Shown here piece by piece: positions 45,271-58,170 of a stretch of 64,000 bases of DNA. Positions within the stretch are counted from its first letter, which is position 1; each line of letters opens with the position of its first letter. The stretch covers positions 496,001-560,000 of the forward strand of contig CATNEN010000001.1 in NCBI GenBank assembly GCA_950097015.1. Reading direction: 5' to 3'. The stretch is from Macrostomum hystrix (taxonomy: Eukaryota > Animalia > Platyhelminthes). The notes beneath the pieces were generated by a model, which did not search any database, had not been told where the DNA came from, and worked only from the letters and a program-made list of their open reading frames with translations. A program made the translations under genes and the position numbers.

Positions 45271-46719
45271 AAAGTATTGTCAAAGTTTTTGTGCCTCTCT
45301 GGAAAAAGATAGAATCCACAAGACAAAGGAGGTATGACTATGAGACATTGGGGGATGAGTCAGTAGAGAGTTAAGACACCTGAGATGAAAGAGCAGGCTG
45401 GATAGAAGTAGAATCAGTGAATCAGTGACAGGTGGGAGGCCAATGTGTTTGGCAGGCCGATAGCAGTTTACGCATTTGAAACGCACACCAATACGAGTGC
45501 CAATCATACAACTTCGCTAAACTTTTATTATGCGCCTGCTTAACAATCTTCGAATACACCCCACCCCACTCTATAAATCCTAGACCCGACGATTCCAAAA
45601 TAATTGAGTTGCACAATTTATTGGCAATAAATTGGTATTTTATGGGTACCTGGCATCCGATGCACAGCTAGCAGCATGTGCCGGAGCAGTTATAACAGAC
45701 CGTTCGAGACCACTGTAGTTGCTGTGTAATGAAAGTGTAGTCCAGGAAGGCTTCAATAAGTCCAACGTGAATCTGGAAATTAATTAAACTAGATAAAGTT
45801 CAGTAAAAGCATTAAGTGTAAAGGCTTGGTTATCGAGTTGATTATCCATTTTAACAAAATCGTTATATAAGTTAAGAAAAGTGATATTAATTATATATTT
45901 TTAATTAAGATAAATTACGTAACAGTTTTATGTTGATATATGTATAAACTCCATTAGCTATTATAGTATAAATTATTAATTACATCAGTGAAATCTTCAG
46001 TTTAACAAATTCACTAAACAGTAATTTTTTAAAGTAAATAAATGGCTACATGTATAGGAGTGTATGCTCGTCATTATTTGCACCTGTAAGTGCATGCTTA
46101 CCTTCAGATTCACGTCCCGTTAACGTTAGAACAAATCCTAAAATGATATAGTTTAACAATAATTTAAAGCGCCTTACAAGACAATGCGAATGTGTGAAAT
46201 AACTAGTCAGGAATTTATCTGGGCTGTATATATCCAATGTCATCAAAATAGAAGTTCCGTATTTTTATGTGCAGAAGCCTGCGGGATGAATTTTTTGTGT
46301 ATACGAGTATTATCTCGTACTATCCAGATACGCACATTTGCTGTACAATCTAGCCTTTTGCACACATAGCAACCATTGTGCAACAAAGCAAATGAACATT
46401 AAAGGGGAACTTCTATTAATATATGTAGACGAACTAGCTGTACATTTTAGTTTGAGGGTTCAGTACTCGTACTTAGTTCACCCCAAATTCAACTAAAAGC
46501 ACGCTCGCTCTAAGCACCACATTTTTTTCTTTGCTTAGCACGTATTAGTTCAAAAAGGCACTAAAAAGAGTTGAATAGTCACATATTAAGCACACTCGCA
46601 GTGGGCAGAAGACATTTATCCTGTCCAACTTTTAAGGATAATTTCAGTTTTTCGAGTACAAGCACATAGATCTCGCTTGCAAGCGTGTTAAAGCCAACAA
46701 ACAAGGTGGATGTAGGCAA

Positions 46720-49700
46720 ATGGCAGAATCAAGGCGGAGTCACACATTTCTGTTCTGTTTCAGTGACAGCAAATGCTTTAAAAACCGTCGTCTAAGGAGC
46801 GAAACACAAAATACGACTTTGATCTTGGCAAATGAATTCAAGCTTAAAGTAGTCTCCGAGAACTGGAAAGAATATACCACAAGTCTTAATTTGTCGTCAA
46901 CCAGGTCAAACGAAAAGGAATGGAGCATGGAAATTAGCGAAACAGGTACTGGGGTGAGTAAAACGTAGATGTCACTTTTCTCTGAAATGGTACATATTTA
47001 TAGATCTTTTTTCGATACTTCACCCCACGAACAAGGCGCTGGGTTAGGGTTATGTTCATTGTAAGTATATATGTGCTAGGTTTGTTATTTAAAGGACAGG
47101 AAAACTGCGAAAGATAATAATATTCATGGATAATGTAAATAGATAATATTGATTTATTATAAATTCACATGTCCTACCAAATCCAATAACAGCAGCAGTA
47201 GGGGAAAAGTGAGGGAGCATAAAAAATCATTAAAATACGCCTCACCCTACTCGCGGTAGATTAGTATGGGCATTCGTCGGAAAAAGTTTCGGAATGTGCA
47301 TAAAAAGTTAGAACTAAAGTGTGAGCTAATAATAATAATAATAATAATAGTTTCGCCCCAAGCCGACCACAGAAGTGGCCAAGAGGGGGGAGCGTCAAAT
47401 CGCGCGTTTTAGAGCCAGGACTCTGACATGCTTCACGCCGGCCGCCTGGCTGGGTGCTCTGGCATCTTCAAAAAGACGGTCGACATAGCGGGCTGATCGT
47501 CCTTGGCCGCGCCTGCGCGGTCCCTGCGAGGTTCACAGCAGGACATCCTGCAGCGGCTCTGGGCAGTAGGCTTCGGCCCGGATGACATGCCCGGCCAGCC
47601 GCAGGCGCCGCTGACTCAGCAGGACAGAAGGCCGCGTTGGGCACGCGCGCTGGTAGAAGGACTCGGTTGTCTCGCTGCCAGGGCCGCGGCGGGCACCGAA
47701 AGCGGCGCGAACTAGGGCCGCATGCGCCGCATCGAGCTGCGCCTCGAGCGCCCCGGTCATCGTCCAGGTCTCAGCATTGTACAACAGGGCGGTCTCGACA
47801 ACCGCCTGGAACAGCTGAGACTTGGCGCCGTTCGACAGGTCCTCGGAGAGCAGCACCGCCCGCACAGAACGGAAGGCGGCCCAGGCCTTGCCGCGCCGTC
47901 TCACCAGGTCGTTGCCCAAATCAGGCACCAGTCCGCCGGAGTAGACGAACTGACGGCACTTCGGGAGCGCGGTCCCGGGGCCGTCACCGTCTCGTAGTCG
48001 AATCTCGGCAGGTAGGTTATGCGGCACCGTCAGCACCTCGGTCTTCATGGCGTTGATAACGAGGCCGACCCTCGCCGCCGCCGCAGTCAGGCCATCCAGC
48101 AGCCTTTGGGCGCCTTCAGCCGTCGTAGCTACAGCAGGGCGAGGTCGTCCGCGTAGCCGAGGGCAGACAGCTTCTTCTCCGGGTGCCGTCGACTAGTGCG
48201 CCTTTGAAGCAGAAAACCGTCCTCTGCAGTCGGCAAGCCGGTCCTGAGCACCCATTCCATCACCAGCACGAAGAGAAAGGGCGCCAGAGTGTCACCATGC
48301 AGCACTCCGGAGGTAGTGCTGAACAGGTCCGACGGTCCGTCTGGCGTCGCTACCACAGCGGTGGTGTCCTGATACAGCGTCATGATGGCGAAGTTCAGCT
48401 GCTGCGGTATGTTGTAGGCACGGAGCACGTGAGGCAGCGCGCCGCGGGCCACCGAGTCGAAAGCCATGAGGAAGTCAACAAAGATGACGACAAGGCTTGA
48501 CTGGTGGATGCGCGCCTCCCCGATGATGCGGCGGAGGGCCAGGATCTGAGTCACCGTGCCGCGACGGGGCCGGAACCCGTTCTGCTAAAAGGTTCATAGG
48601 ATAATTGCTTGTCTCATAGATTGAAAGCCTGAAGTAAAGTTAGAATAATGGCCACTAATGTGACAATTGACGATTAGTAAAGTACGAGACGAAAGAATCT
48701 ACCTATTGATGATGCATTTCAGAGGCTCGCAAGCTGTACTTTTGGTATCAAGTTTCTGTACGATACCTTGTTCACTTTGTTCTTTCTTCACCGGACCTTT
48801 TCACATTGTGATTCTTGATTTTATTTTCAGAGCGAAGACAGCTGGAACAGCATCGTTAATTTCAACAAAAATACTCACGAAATTCGCGTCACAATCTTGG
48901 ATATGAAACTTAGAAAGCCGATTGAAGTGAAGGCCGATCAAGTTACAGTGTCTAAGTGCAAGAAAATAAGCTACAGTCATCAAGAATTTACTAGCTTATC
49001 GATCTTCTCAGAAAAGGAAGTTCATCTTTCATGCAAAAAGTTGAAGGGATCAATTTTAAGTCTACATGCTCCTGCAGTATACATTAGCAGAGATTCAGTG
49101 ATTCAATGCACGGAAATAAACTGCAAGCCAAACAGATTAGGTGACGCTGAAAGCAGACTCGAAATCTCAGGTAGCATCTTGCCATTCGATGGCTGTTCAG
49201 AGCCTTCTAAGAATATTTCAGCTAAAGTGACCGGATCAATGTTAATCACTATGACAGGAACTATTGGCTGCCATCCGAACCAAAATACCACAGCTGATGA
49301 AGTTATTTTAGCGGTCGCAGGTGGCATAACAAATGTCGGCTTGATCTATGCTAAAAGCGAGATAGGCATTACGGCCAGAAGTATGCAGTCGCCACAGGCA
49401 GTGCAAGACGCTGCTGCTCGAGTTGCACAACGCCAACGCGACTCGACACAGAATCGAGCAGCCGAAACTGACTCTGTCGATGGTAAAGTATTGGATCAAC
49501 GGCTTATAAGCAGGTGTAAAAGCATTTCAGGCGAGCTGAATAGTCTTATTCGCTGCGGAGCGGATCCCCACTACACTGATAGAAATCGCCGTAGATCGAG
49601 TTCAAAGCTATATGAGTGTATTGCCGATCTGAGTCTCGCGAGTCCGCATGGAGTTGCTGAACGAAATCGATTAGATAAGAACAGAATTCTTCTAGACTGG

Positions 49701-52700
49701 GAAGCAAACAGCAAGGGTTGCTACAAGTCCAACAAAATCAGATGCAAAGTCAGCCAGGATGTTGACAATCTCGGCCAGATTTGCGCCTCGATAGTAGAGC
49801 TCGACATTGGAGGAAATGCTTATGTTGAGGCTCGGTCAGTATGGAAGAGTGGAAACGTCAGCGGTTGGTGCCGCGGTAATTTTGAGCTGATGGGGCCTGG
49901 ACGAATTATTTTAGAAGAACTGGGAGGCTTGGAGTTGGGACATTGCAAAATTCATCCAGGAGCGGAGTTGTGGTCACTGAACGGTGGCTCAGTGAGAGTG
50001 GCTGGTACTCTAGAAAATAATGGTCGGATACGCAACAGCTTCCGGCTAATGTCGATCGATACTGGCGACTTCATACAGAGCCCCAGAGCCGAAACTCGCT
50101 CAGTGACGGAGAACAAGGCCGAGGTCCAGATCACAACACGCAAATTGAATCAGTCATTTTTCGGTAGCCTCAGTGGTTACAGGGTCACCGTTGTTGCCCA
50201 CTCTCAGCTCATACTGCAGGCAACTGTTGAAGCGGATGAGTCATTTGTCGGCATGATCTGTGGCTCCGCTGGTCACATTTCTCTGCAGGAAAACGTCTTA
50301 GTAAAAAACGGGCCCATCGTTGTCCAGACCGATGGTTGCGTTGACACAGCTGAGGTTTATGTGAACTGTCGCATCGACTCTCAAGGAGTCGTTTTTCAGT
50401 CTTCGACAGCCAAATTCAGCTCAAATAGCCGCTTGGTTTGCCCTCCAGAGTCAAGTGAAGAAAGGTCGGATTCTATTGAAATCGTGCTGCACAATGCGGT
50501 AACGCAAAACAGATCTGTCTGGGACCTAACTGCTGACGAGGTGAGCATTTTCGTCGGAGATCAATTCACTCACCAAGGAGTTCTGAAGCTCTCGCAGGGC
50601 GGCGAAGAGGCACCGCAGACGTCACTTCTCATAAGAGGACGTAATTTCGTAAACAATGGATCCATTCAAGGAGTGAAGACCCTGTGCATGGACTTGGATG
50701 GGGACTGTGAGCTCAAGACAGGCCTGAAATCAGAATATTCACTCGTATTGATCGCAAGACAGACTATTCAAATTTTGACTTCGACTGTAGTTGCTTCGAT
50801 AAATGCAAGTGTGCATATCAGAGCTGACTACCTTATTAACCAAGGCCGCATTCGCTCCAGCGACAATCTGCTGATTGTGGCACGCGACATTGACAATTCG
50901 GCGGGTAGCGTTGTGTCTGACTGTGGCGCAGTGTTCATGGCCTGGCTAGGATCTCAAGAGGACTCTTTTCTTGAAGGGCACGTTAAAGCTCAATCGCAGC
51001 TTAGTATGTGCAGCATTAAATTCAGAGAATTTGCTCATCCAAGCTCATTCACAGGAGCAGCCTTTGCACCTGAAACTACCAACACTTGGAGCAAGTTTCC
51101 AATGCGTTTCAGGCTCCGTTACGCTTTTCAGTGAAGTTAGCTCAACAAATCAAACTTACATTCACTTCCGGGCTGCGGAGACTATCGAGTTGCAGCGAAA
51201 TGTCAGCTGCAATAAGCTCATTATTCAGCCGAAGCAAAGTTCAAAGCGACTGAAAGTGACGCTTTCCGAATCAGGCGTCATTGAAGTTGACTACCTACTT
51301 GTGAGTTACATGAAGGCCAGAGCATCTTCGGAGACCGCAACACTTTCAATTGAGGCTGAGAAAAAGGCCATTCTGAAGTGCTCAACTTTTATGGGAGCAG
51401 AGATTGATGTGGAGCTTCACATCGATGTTGAGATGAAACTGCCAAGTCAGATCGTTGCCAAGAAGCTATTAGTAGCAGAGAACCTCACAATTACAAGCCC
51501 CGAAGATAAACCTGGTGATTTCCGCCTGCTCTGCGACGACCAACTTGAGATTGGCAAAGCGATACTGCTCGATGCAGCACAATGCCACATGGCGACAAAA
51601 GATTTTATCATAGCTGAAGAAGGTGAGCTCCATTTTACCAGAGTAGCCCAAGCGACAATTCAGTCCAAGAAGATTTCCATTAATGGCCTTCTGTTAGCTC
51701 GCATGGCAGACTCAGAAGACCTTGCAATAGTAGCTCAGACTGACCATTTTGAAGCCAGTGGTGTCATTCAGTTAGGAAGCGCGAGCACTAGCAATGCTGG
51801 CAACTTGGTCGTGTGTTGCAAGAGTGCTAATGTTGGCGGTCAAATTGGTACAATTAAAGATACAAAGCCGGCTGCTCTGCTGCTAGACTTCGTGGGTCGC
51901 GCAGACATACACTCGGAATGCGTCCTGAAATTAGGGAGATTGCTAATGATTGGCGGTCACGAGTTGGTGCTCAGATCTGCAAATATCTCGGTATCGGATC
52001 TGCTGGTTATCGAATCGGTAAATAGGCTGAACTTGGAATCTAGCAAGATTGAGCTGGATCAGGCAAATGTATCAGTTAGAAAAGTACGACACTTGAAACT
52101 GAACGGAACTTGCATAGAATGCAGTCACGGTGTGATACTTGACGAATCGCCAGAAAGCAGCTATGAGGTTAGCACTGCCAGGCTGACAGTCTGCGCTCAG
52201 AATGTTATCACCATGTCTGCTTTTGAAGTGCGCAACATTGAGCACGCCGAATTTCATGCCATCGAGACAGCAACCTATCAATCTCACAGCAGATTTATAA
52301 GCTGCAAGAAGCTCTATCTAAAAAGCGAGTTTCTTGATTTCCAAGCTTCCGTGCGCGATACCGGGGACATATTGTGCGAAGCAGAAGCCGCACTAATCTC
52401 CGGTCTGATGCATTGCAGCTCAGAGCTGTCCGTGTCAGCCTCTCAGCTGATTTTTAATCAAGGGGATCTGAGTGCAGGACTAGTCAGACTAAACGCAACA
52501 GTTCAGATGCACCTGTGCCGGAAGATTGATGATAAGTTCGATTCGGCGAAAATTTCCGCTGAGAAGTCTCTGAATATTAACTGCTACGCCCTAATTACAA
52601 TCTTCGCGAAAATGGTTAGCCCCAGGCTAGTTACCAAGAGCATCTTACACTTCGGCTTTGCTGAACAAGTGCAGGCAAAATATGGCATCGAACATAGGGG

Positions 52701-55700
52701 AGAAGAGAGTGTAGCCCAGGATCTGGTTGAGAAACGAGTGATCGAATCTCAATCAGGTGAAAGGATGCACGAATGTTTAAAATATTTGGTGTCCGATGCG
52801 GCAAATAGATGTAGAAGTGAGCACAAAATTTGCTGGCAGCTGGTCTCCATGGCAACGAAATACCTACGGTCAAACTTAAACGAAACGGACGTCGATGAGA
52901 ACACGGTAGAAAAAGCAGCTTACTTACTTGTAAACTTAACTTCTGCGCTCCAAAATGGATTCGCAGAGGAGGATATTGACTTATCAGAGTACTGGAATAG
53001 TCTGACCCACCTGCATGAACACTCGAGTTCTCAAGGATTGTTCGAATGCAGCCACTGGGTGTGCCTCGCCGGACCCAGTCGCTGTGAGGCGAAAACACTA
53101 ATTTACGAGTGCACGGATTGGTGGTGCGAGGGCGCCATTGCCGTTGATGATGGAACCCTCATCAAGGCCGTCCGTGCCCAGCTGTGGTCTGACAACCAGA
53201 TACCAGCATGGCTTCTTTGTACTGGCGATGTACACATCTTCGCCGAAGAGGTGCTGCGCATTAGAAGCCTGACATCCAGCGAGGGTGCTGTCACACTCCG
53301 GAGTGCAACAATCGATGCCTATGGCATCTGGGCAGCAAAGAATCTCTTAGTGACTGCGGGAAAGGAAGTCAAAATTGATGAGCTGCTTGGAGAATCTGAG
53401 GTCTGGATTAAAGCGAAGGACGCCGTAGTGCGAAATGCGGCTGCAGATAAAATGTACATCCAATCCGCCTCAAGCGATATTTTTAACAGCGCATGTACTT
53501 CTACGCTTTGCGTGATAGGCTCGGAAACGATTCATGCGAAATTTGTCTCGGCTCCACAGGCAAATTTTATAGCATCAGGTGATTACGCTCAAGTGGACTT
53601 AGAATCATCAAAGATCGAAGGCTGTGCAGTTTTATCGAAGAATTGCATGATTTCGAAGTGCTCGTTCACATCTTTAAACTGCACCATCGACCACGACCTG
53701 AAAATAAACGCATCGCATGTATTTAAAAACTTAAAAGCAAAGGTCGGGAACGATTTGAGCATCTGTGACTTCTGCAATTTGAACATTCTCGATTGTCGAG
53801 TTGCCAAAAGGTGCGTAGCGCACCAAGTAGAAGCCCAGGGTTTGAATTGCGCTTGCCAGTATCTTCAAGTAACCGATGCCTTAGTAAACAATATGAATAT
53901 CATCAGCGCTGATAAAATTAAAATCACCGACTCAAGCATTGCCGACCTTAAGGCCCGCGCCACTGAGGCAATCGAAATTTTAGGCGATTTAACGAACTCC
54001 AGTCTCGGACGAGCGGTTTGTGAAAGCGAGAGCTCGTTGACGGTAGTAAAGTCATATGCGACCGAATGTTTGGTGCTGTCTGGAACAGATCTAAAGCTGG
54101 CCGACTCGATGCTGTCAGATCTCCTGTTCTCATGCGATCAGCCGAGCAAAGTCTCCGTTACTCAATCAATGACTCACAATGCTACAATCTTCTGCACCGA
54201 AATGCAAACTAAGGAGAGCAAGTTTGGCAATCTGACTTTTCAGGGTCAAGTTTTGAATGTGGTTCGAACTGAATCGAAGGAAATGCAAACTGATGCTGCC
54301 ATCAGCATTGGCCTTACGAAGTCGTGCGTCTTCGGCAATCTGGCTGTCTGGTGTGAGGTTGCTCACATCTTGAGCAGCTTTTTAGGCTCATTAAAACTTC
54401 ACCGCTGCTCAACGGGCGCAACAGTTAGAGCGAGCGAAGTTCAGGAGGGCATTGAGATCTTTTCGAGACATCTTAAAATGTGTGACTCAAGCGGCAAGTG
54501 CCTACTGATACGGACGAAAGGGAATACAGTCTTAGACAGGCTTATGGTTGACAACGCATGCGATGTAGCTAGTGTCGGGCCATTCACACTGAGAGACTGC
54601 CAATTCGATGAACTCAACGTTTTGGCTGAAGCATCTGCTGCAGTTAAAAAACTAATAACAAACAAAGCCACGTCCGTACTCTCTACAGGTGACACAAAAC
54701 TACGCGAAGTGTTGGTAGGTAGTCTTGATGCGCAATCCGAAAATGGTCGTCTTCGTGTCTCGAATTTAAACTCCATTGGTCGCTGTCAGCTGAGGTCGCG
54801 CAATGTAAGTGTGGATGGTTGTCAGTGCCAGTCAGATCTGGCATTAGTCACAATGTTTTCAGTGCAAATCTCAGACTGCTTTGCTCAGAATGTTGACATT
54901 CAAGGCCTTCAAAACGAGCGAACAAGAGTGAGACTGTTGGAAATTAAAGCCCAGAAACTCAGCGTTGAGAACTCGCTTTTCGTGGCGATAAGTAAAACTG
55001 AAATTATGGAGGATTCTACCTTGAAGAGAATCTCAGGTGACGTAAGAATTAAATGTAACTGCAGTCTTCACAAACTGATGGTTGAGAATGGTGGAATTCT
55101 AGCCGTAAGTGATTCTGAGATTGGTGAGGTCGTGGCTCATAGCAACCGTTGCTGCATCTCTAGCACTTCTGGCCTGCAGACCAGTCTCCGCGTTCGTGCA
55201 ACTGAAACAAAAAGTGCTGGACCGACAGTGTTGTTGGATCTTGTGTCAAGAATTGATGTGGCTGTGATTCATGGACGCCAGATTTGCTTGACGGAATGTG
55301 CCTTTAATCAGGGCAACGTGAAGGCTGATGAGCTGTGCAGAATCGAGGGATGCAATGTCAGGAAGCATTTAGATATTGAGGGCCCCATCGCACTAGTGTT
55401 TGACACAGACGCTGAAGTGATCCGCGTGAAGAAAAGCAGCAGGTGTGAGCTTAAAAATGTGCGATATGCTGAGATCCTCGCAAAGTCAGGGCAACTTTAC
55501 CTTGAAGACTGCCACGTTCAGAAGATTCAAGCAGAAGATATTGAAAGAGTGCGTGTAAACTCCTGTGAGTTTATCGATAGCGTCCTTCTAAAAGCTAAAG
55601 AAGTCAGTATAAAAGGTGTCCTCGTTCAGAACCGCATTCAAGTGCAGGCTAGTGTCTTTGTTCTTGATGGTAAAAATCGAAAAGAGGATAACGAAGGATA

Positions 55701-58170
55701 TGCAAAAGAACTACTTGTGCTATGCACAGACTCTGCAGCTGAGGCAGCGAATGTGAGTATAAAAAATATTCGCACGAGCATGCTTGAAGTGAATGGTAAA
55801 CCGGAGTCAGTTGTGCTAGAGCACGTGACTGTTGAAGAAAGTACTTCGTTATCCGGTCAGGAAATGAAGCTGGCAAATATTGATAGCAAGCAACTATACA
55901 TTATGAACAGACCTACAAACTGCTTCATCGAGGCTGCATTTCTGAAATGTCTTATAGGCGAAGCGCGAAGTCTCACAGTGTCTCGCTCTATCCTAACGCT
56001 TGTTGGCGTTATTGTTGAAAATTTGACCTTAGTCGATGAAACAGATGTAGAACAGGAATTTAGGGCCCACGTCAGGAATCTTAAAATTGCAAGCAGCAAG
56101 GCCGGCTCAGTTTCCATCCTCGCTGATGATCCAAGAGCTACAGCAACAATCCAATGCCTTCTAACAGAGTCAACTTGCGAAATTTATGGCTTCCACGAAA
56201 TTGATCTCCAGGATTGTTGTACTTTTAAAGGAAAGGTGATGATAAAGTGTCAGTCATTCAAGGCGAAACAACTGTGTCAATTTAACGATGACGCGTTAGT
56301 CGATTGTTCAAACTGTGACTGGAAGTATCCAGAGATTGCAGCGTCTTTGAAGTTGCGCTGCAGTAGCGGATGCGTTGAAAATGCTCGAGTAGCTGACAGC
56401 TGCGAATTGCTCGCGACTGGTTTGCTGAAACTCACCGACTGTCAATTTGAAGGACCCATTAAGTCTTTTGGAAAGAAAGGCTCGCTGAACTTTGTAAATC
56501 CAAGATTTTTTTGCTTTGAACTTGAGGCTGACAGCATCGAAATGACAGGCGCGGACACGAAGGAAACCTCCTGGCTTTGCACTACCAGCAATGCGACTAT
56601 CAGCCAATGCTTCAGTAGCCAAGATGTTTCGATTGAGTCAAGATGCGTTCGGATCAATGGTAGTGCCTCATTTAGCAAGTCACTTCACATAAGGTGCTCT
56701 GATGCGTTGGAGATTGAAAGCACTATGGTTAATTCAAGTCTGACAGTCGTTGCTGAGGGCAGTGTAGCGGTTAATTCCGGAGTCACAGCTGCATCCTTTC
56801 TGATCGAATCGAGAAACATGCCTTCGTTTTGTGCGCCAAGCGACTGCAAGTTTGGCGTGTTGCAAATCGTGTGTCCTGGGTTGAGCATGCAATCTATTAT
56901 CGACTTCCTGAGAAACAAAGCAACCGGGTGCGTTAGAGAACTCCTTAAGTTAAAGACAAAGAGCTCTTTAAAAATTTCCGGCGCAGATCTAGGAGGAAAC
57001 GAATTCGGTATGGGATTCGGACTTACTCTTTCTGCGGCTACAATTGAGCTGAGAAATATAAGCATTTTATCACTAAAGCCTATTTGTCTGATTGCGGAGA
57101 AAATAGAAATGGAGGAATATACTGTTACAGCTCCTGAAATTACTTTGAAGGCCAACCAGGGGCCGATATTGTGCAACGGAAAGTACACAGAACACCTCGG
57201 GCTAAAAGGTGAGCAGAGAATGAATAATACAAAGAATCCATTTGATCAAATTTCTAACACCACGAAAGCTCACCCTGCATTAGGAAGTTGTTTCTTAGAA
57301 ACGAACAAGACAAAAGCAGAAGCTCTTAATGCACAGCTGCAGAAGCAGAAGTCCATTAGAAAGCTGGACGCAGTTCCACTGTGCTGTGACACTGAACAAA
57401 ATGCTACATACAACAATGCAAACCTGGATGCCCCGGACTTCGAAGAACTCTTGAGAACTGACAAAACCGAGTGTACTTTTGAGGTAGGGCAGCAATCTCT
57501 GTCGAGATTAACTGACTTTAGTCAAAGCGCTGCCGCCGCTTGCGAGTTAGCCGATAAACAGTCTGAGTCGCAGCTGAGAAACTTTGATTCTGACTGTCAG
57601 TCAGTCAGAGCGAACATACAGACCGATCTAGCTTCGATACCAACTGAGCTCGACTGTGAATTCCCAGTACTTCATGGTGAGGTCGAACAGCTGAAACTGG
57701 AGAATATGGCTAAAGTAAAAATTGAAGAGTTCGACGAGGAATTCAAAACGGATGCCGATGCAAATCGTTCGGATAGAAATTTAAATTGGAGACACGTTGA
57801 AAATGTCTGCTCAGAGTGCACGGAGCCGGAGGACTACTTTCGACAAGCAAGGGAGGCAATGCTAAAGTCTGTCAGCAAGTGCTCTAGCATTCTGGCCATG
57901 AGCATACAGAACAGCCTGCCAGGTCACTTACCCAGGGAACCGGAGAGTTACATCGGACGCGTGCGGCTCCTACCGAGAGCCTCAAAGTTACTGGTGGCGT
58001 TTAGCTCCAGAGGTGTTGCCGCAGTCGACGGTAATATTGCGCTGGCCGCTTTCTCCAGCGTCGGGTCGCAATGGGGATCTGCCTTTCTGCAGCCGGTTGC
58101 TCGCGACTCGGAAGCCAAAGCCAAGGCGTTCGACACAGCTGACCCGGACTACTACACCAACCATTGCTAG
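46720..58170 (+). CDS. Giant Cys-rich beta-helix protein with FHA/CdiA-like repeats, ~3,190 aa; exon 1 46720-46953, exon 2 48831-58170 with one +1 frameshift near 51000-51025
   Basis: Donor GGG|GTGAGT (46954) and acceptor TTTATTTTCAG| (48830) are both phase 0 and the frame is open into the 745-aa ORF. Repeats GTLENNGRI, NFVNNGSIQG, ADYLINQGRIRSSDNLLIVARDIDNSAGSV and LIFNQGDLSAG resemble FHA repeats; a long region of alternating hydrophobic strands follows. Confidence 0.7.
47328..48585 (-). mobile_element. 5'-truncated RTE-like non-LTR retrotransposon with (TAT)n tail, in the intron of the beta-helix gene
   Basis: QNGFRPRRGTVTQI, FVDFLMAFDSV, GVLHGDTLAPFLF, YADDLALL, LLYNAETWT, RLRLAGHV. Frame broken at ~48130; (AAT)n at 47328-47349. 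Confidence 0.92.

Noticed and set aside
47041-47052. GGGTTAGGGTTA telomere-like motif
   Set aside because: Only two units; expected by chance.
34555-58170. Bacterial contamination or canonical secA
   Set aside because: The region is interleaved with gypsy and RTE elements, has a phase-matched spliceosomal intron and a myristoylation motif, and the protein is far longer than SecA with extra domains. No secA symbol was assigned.
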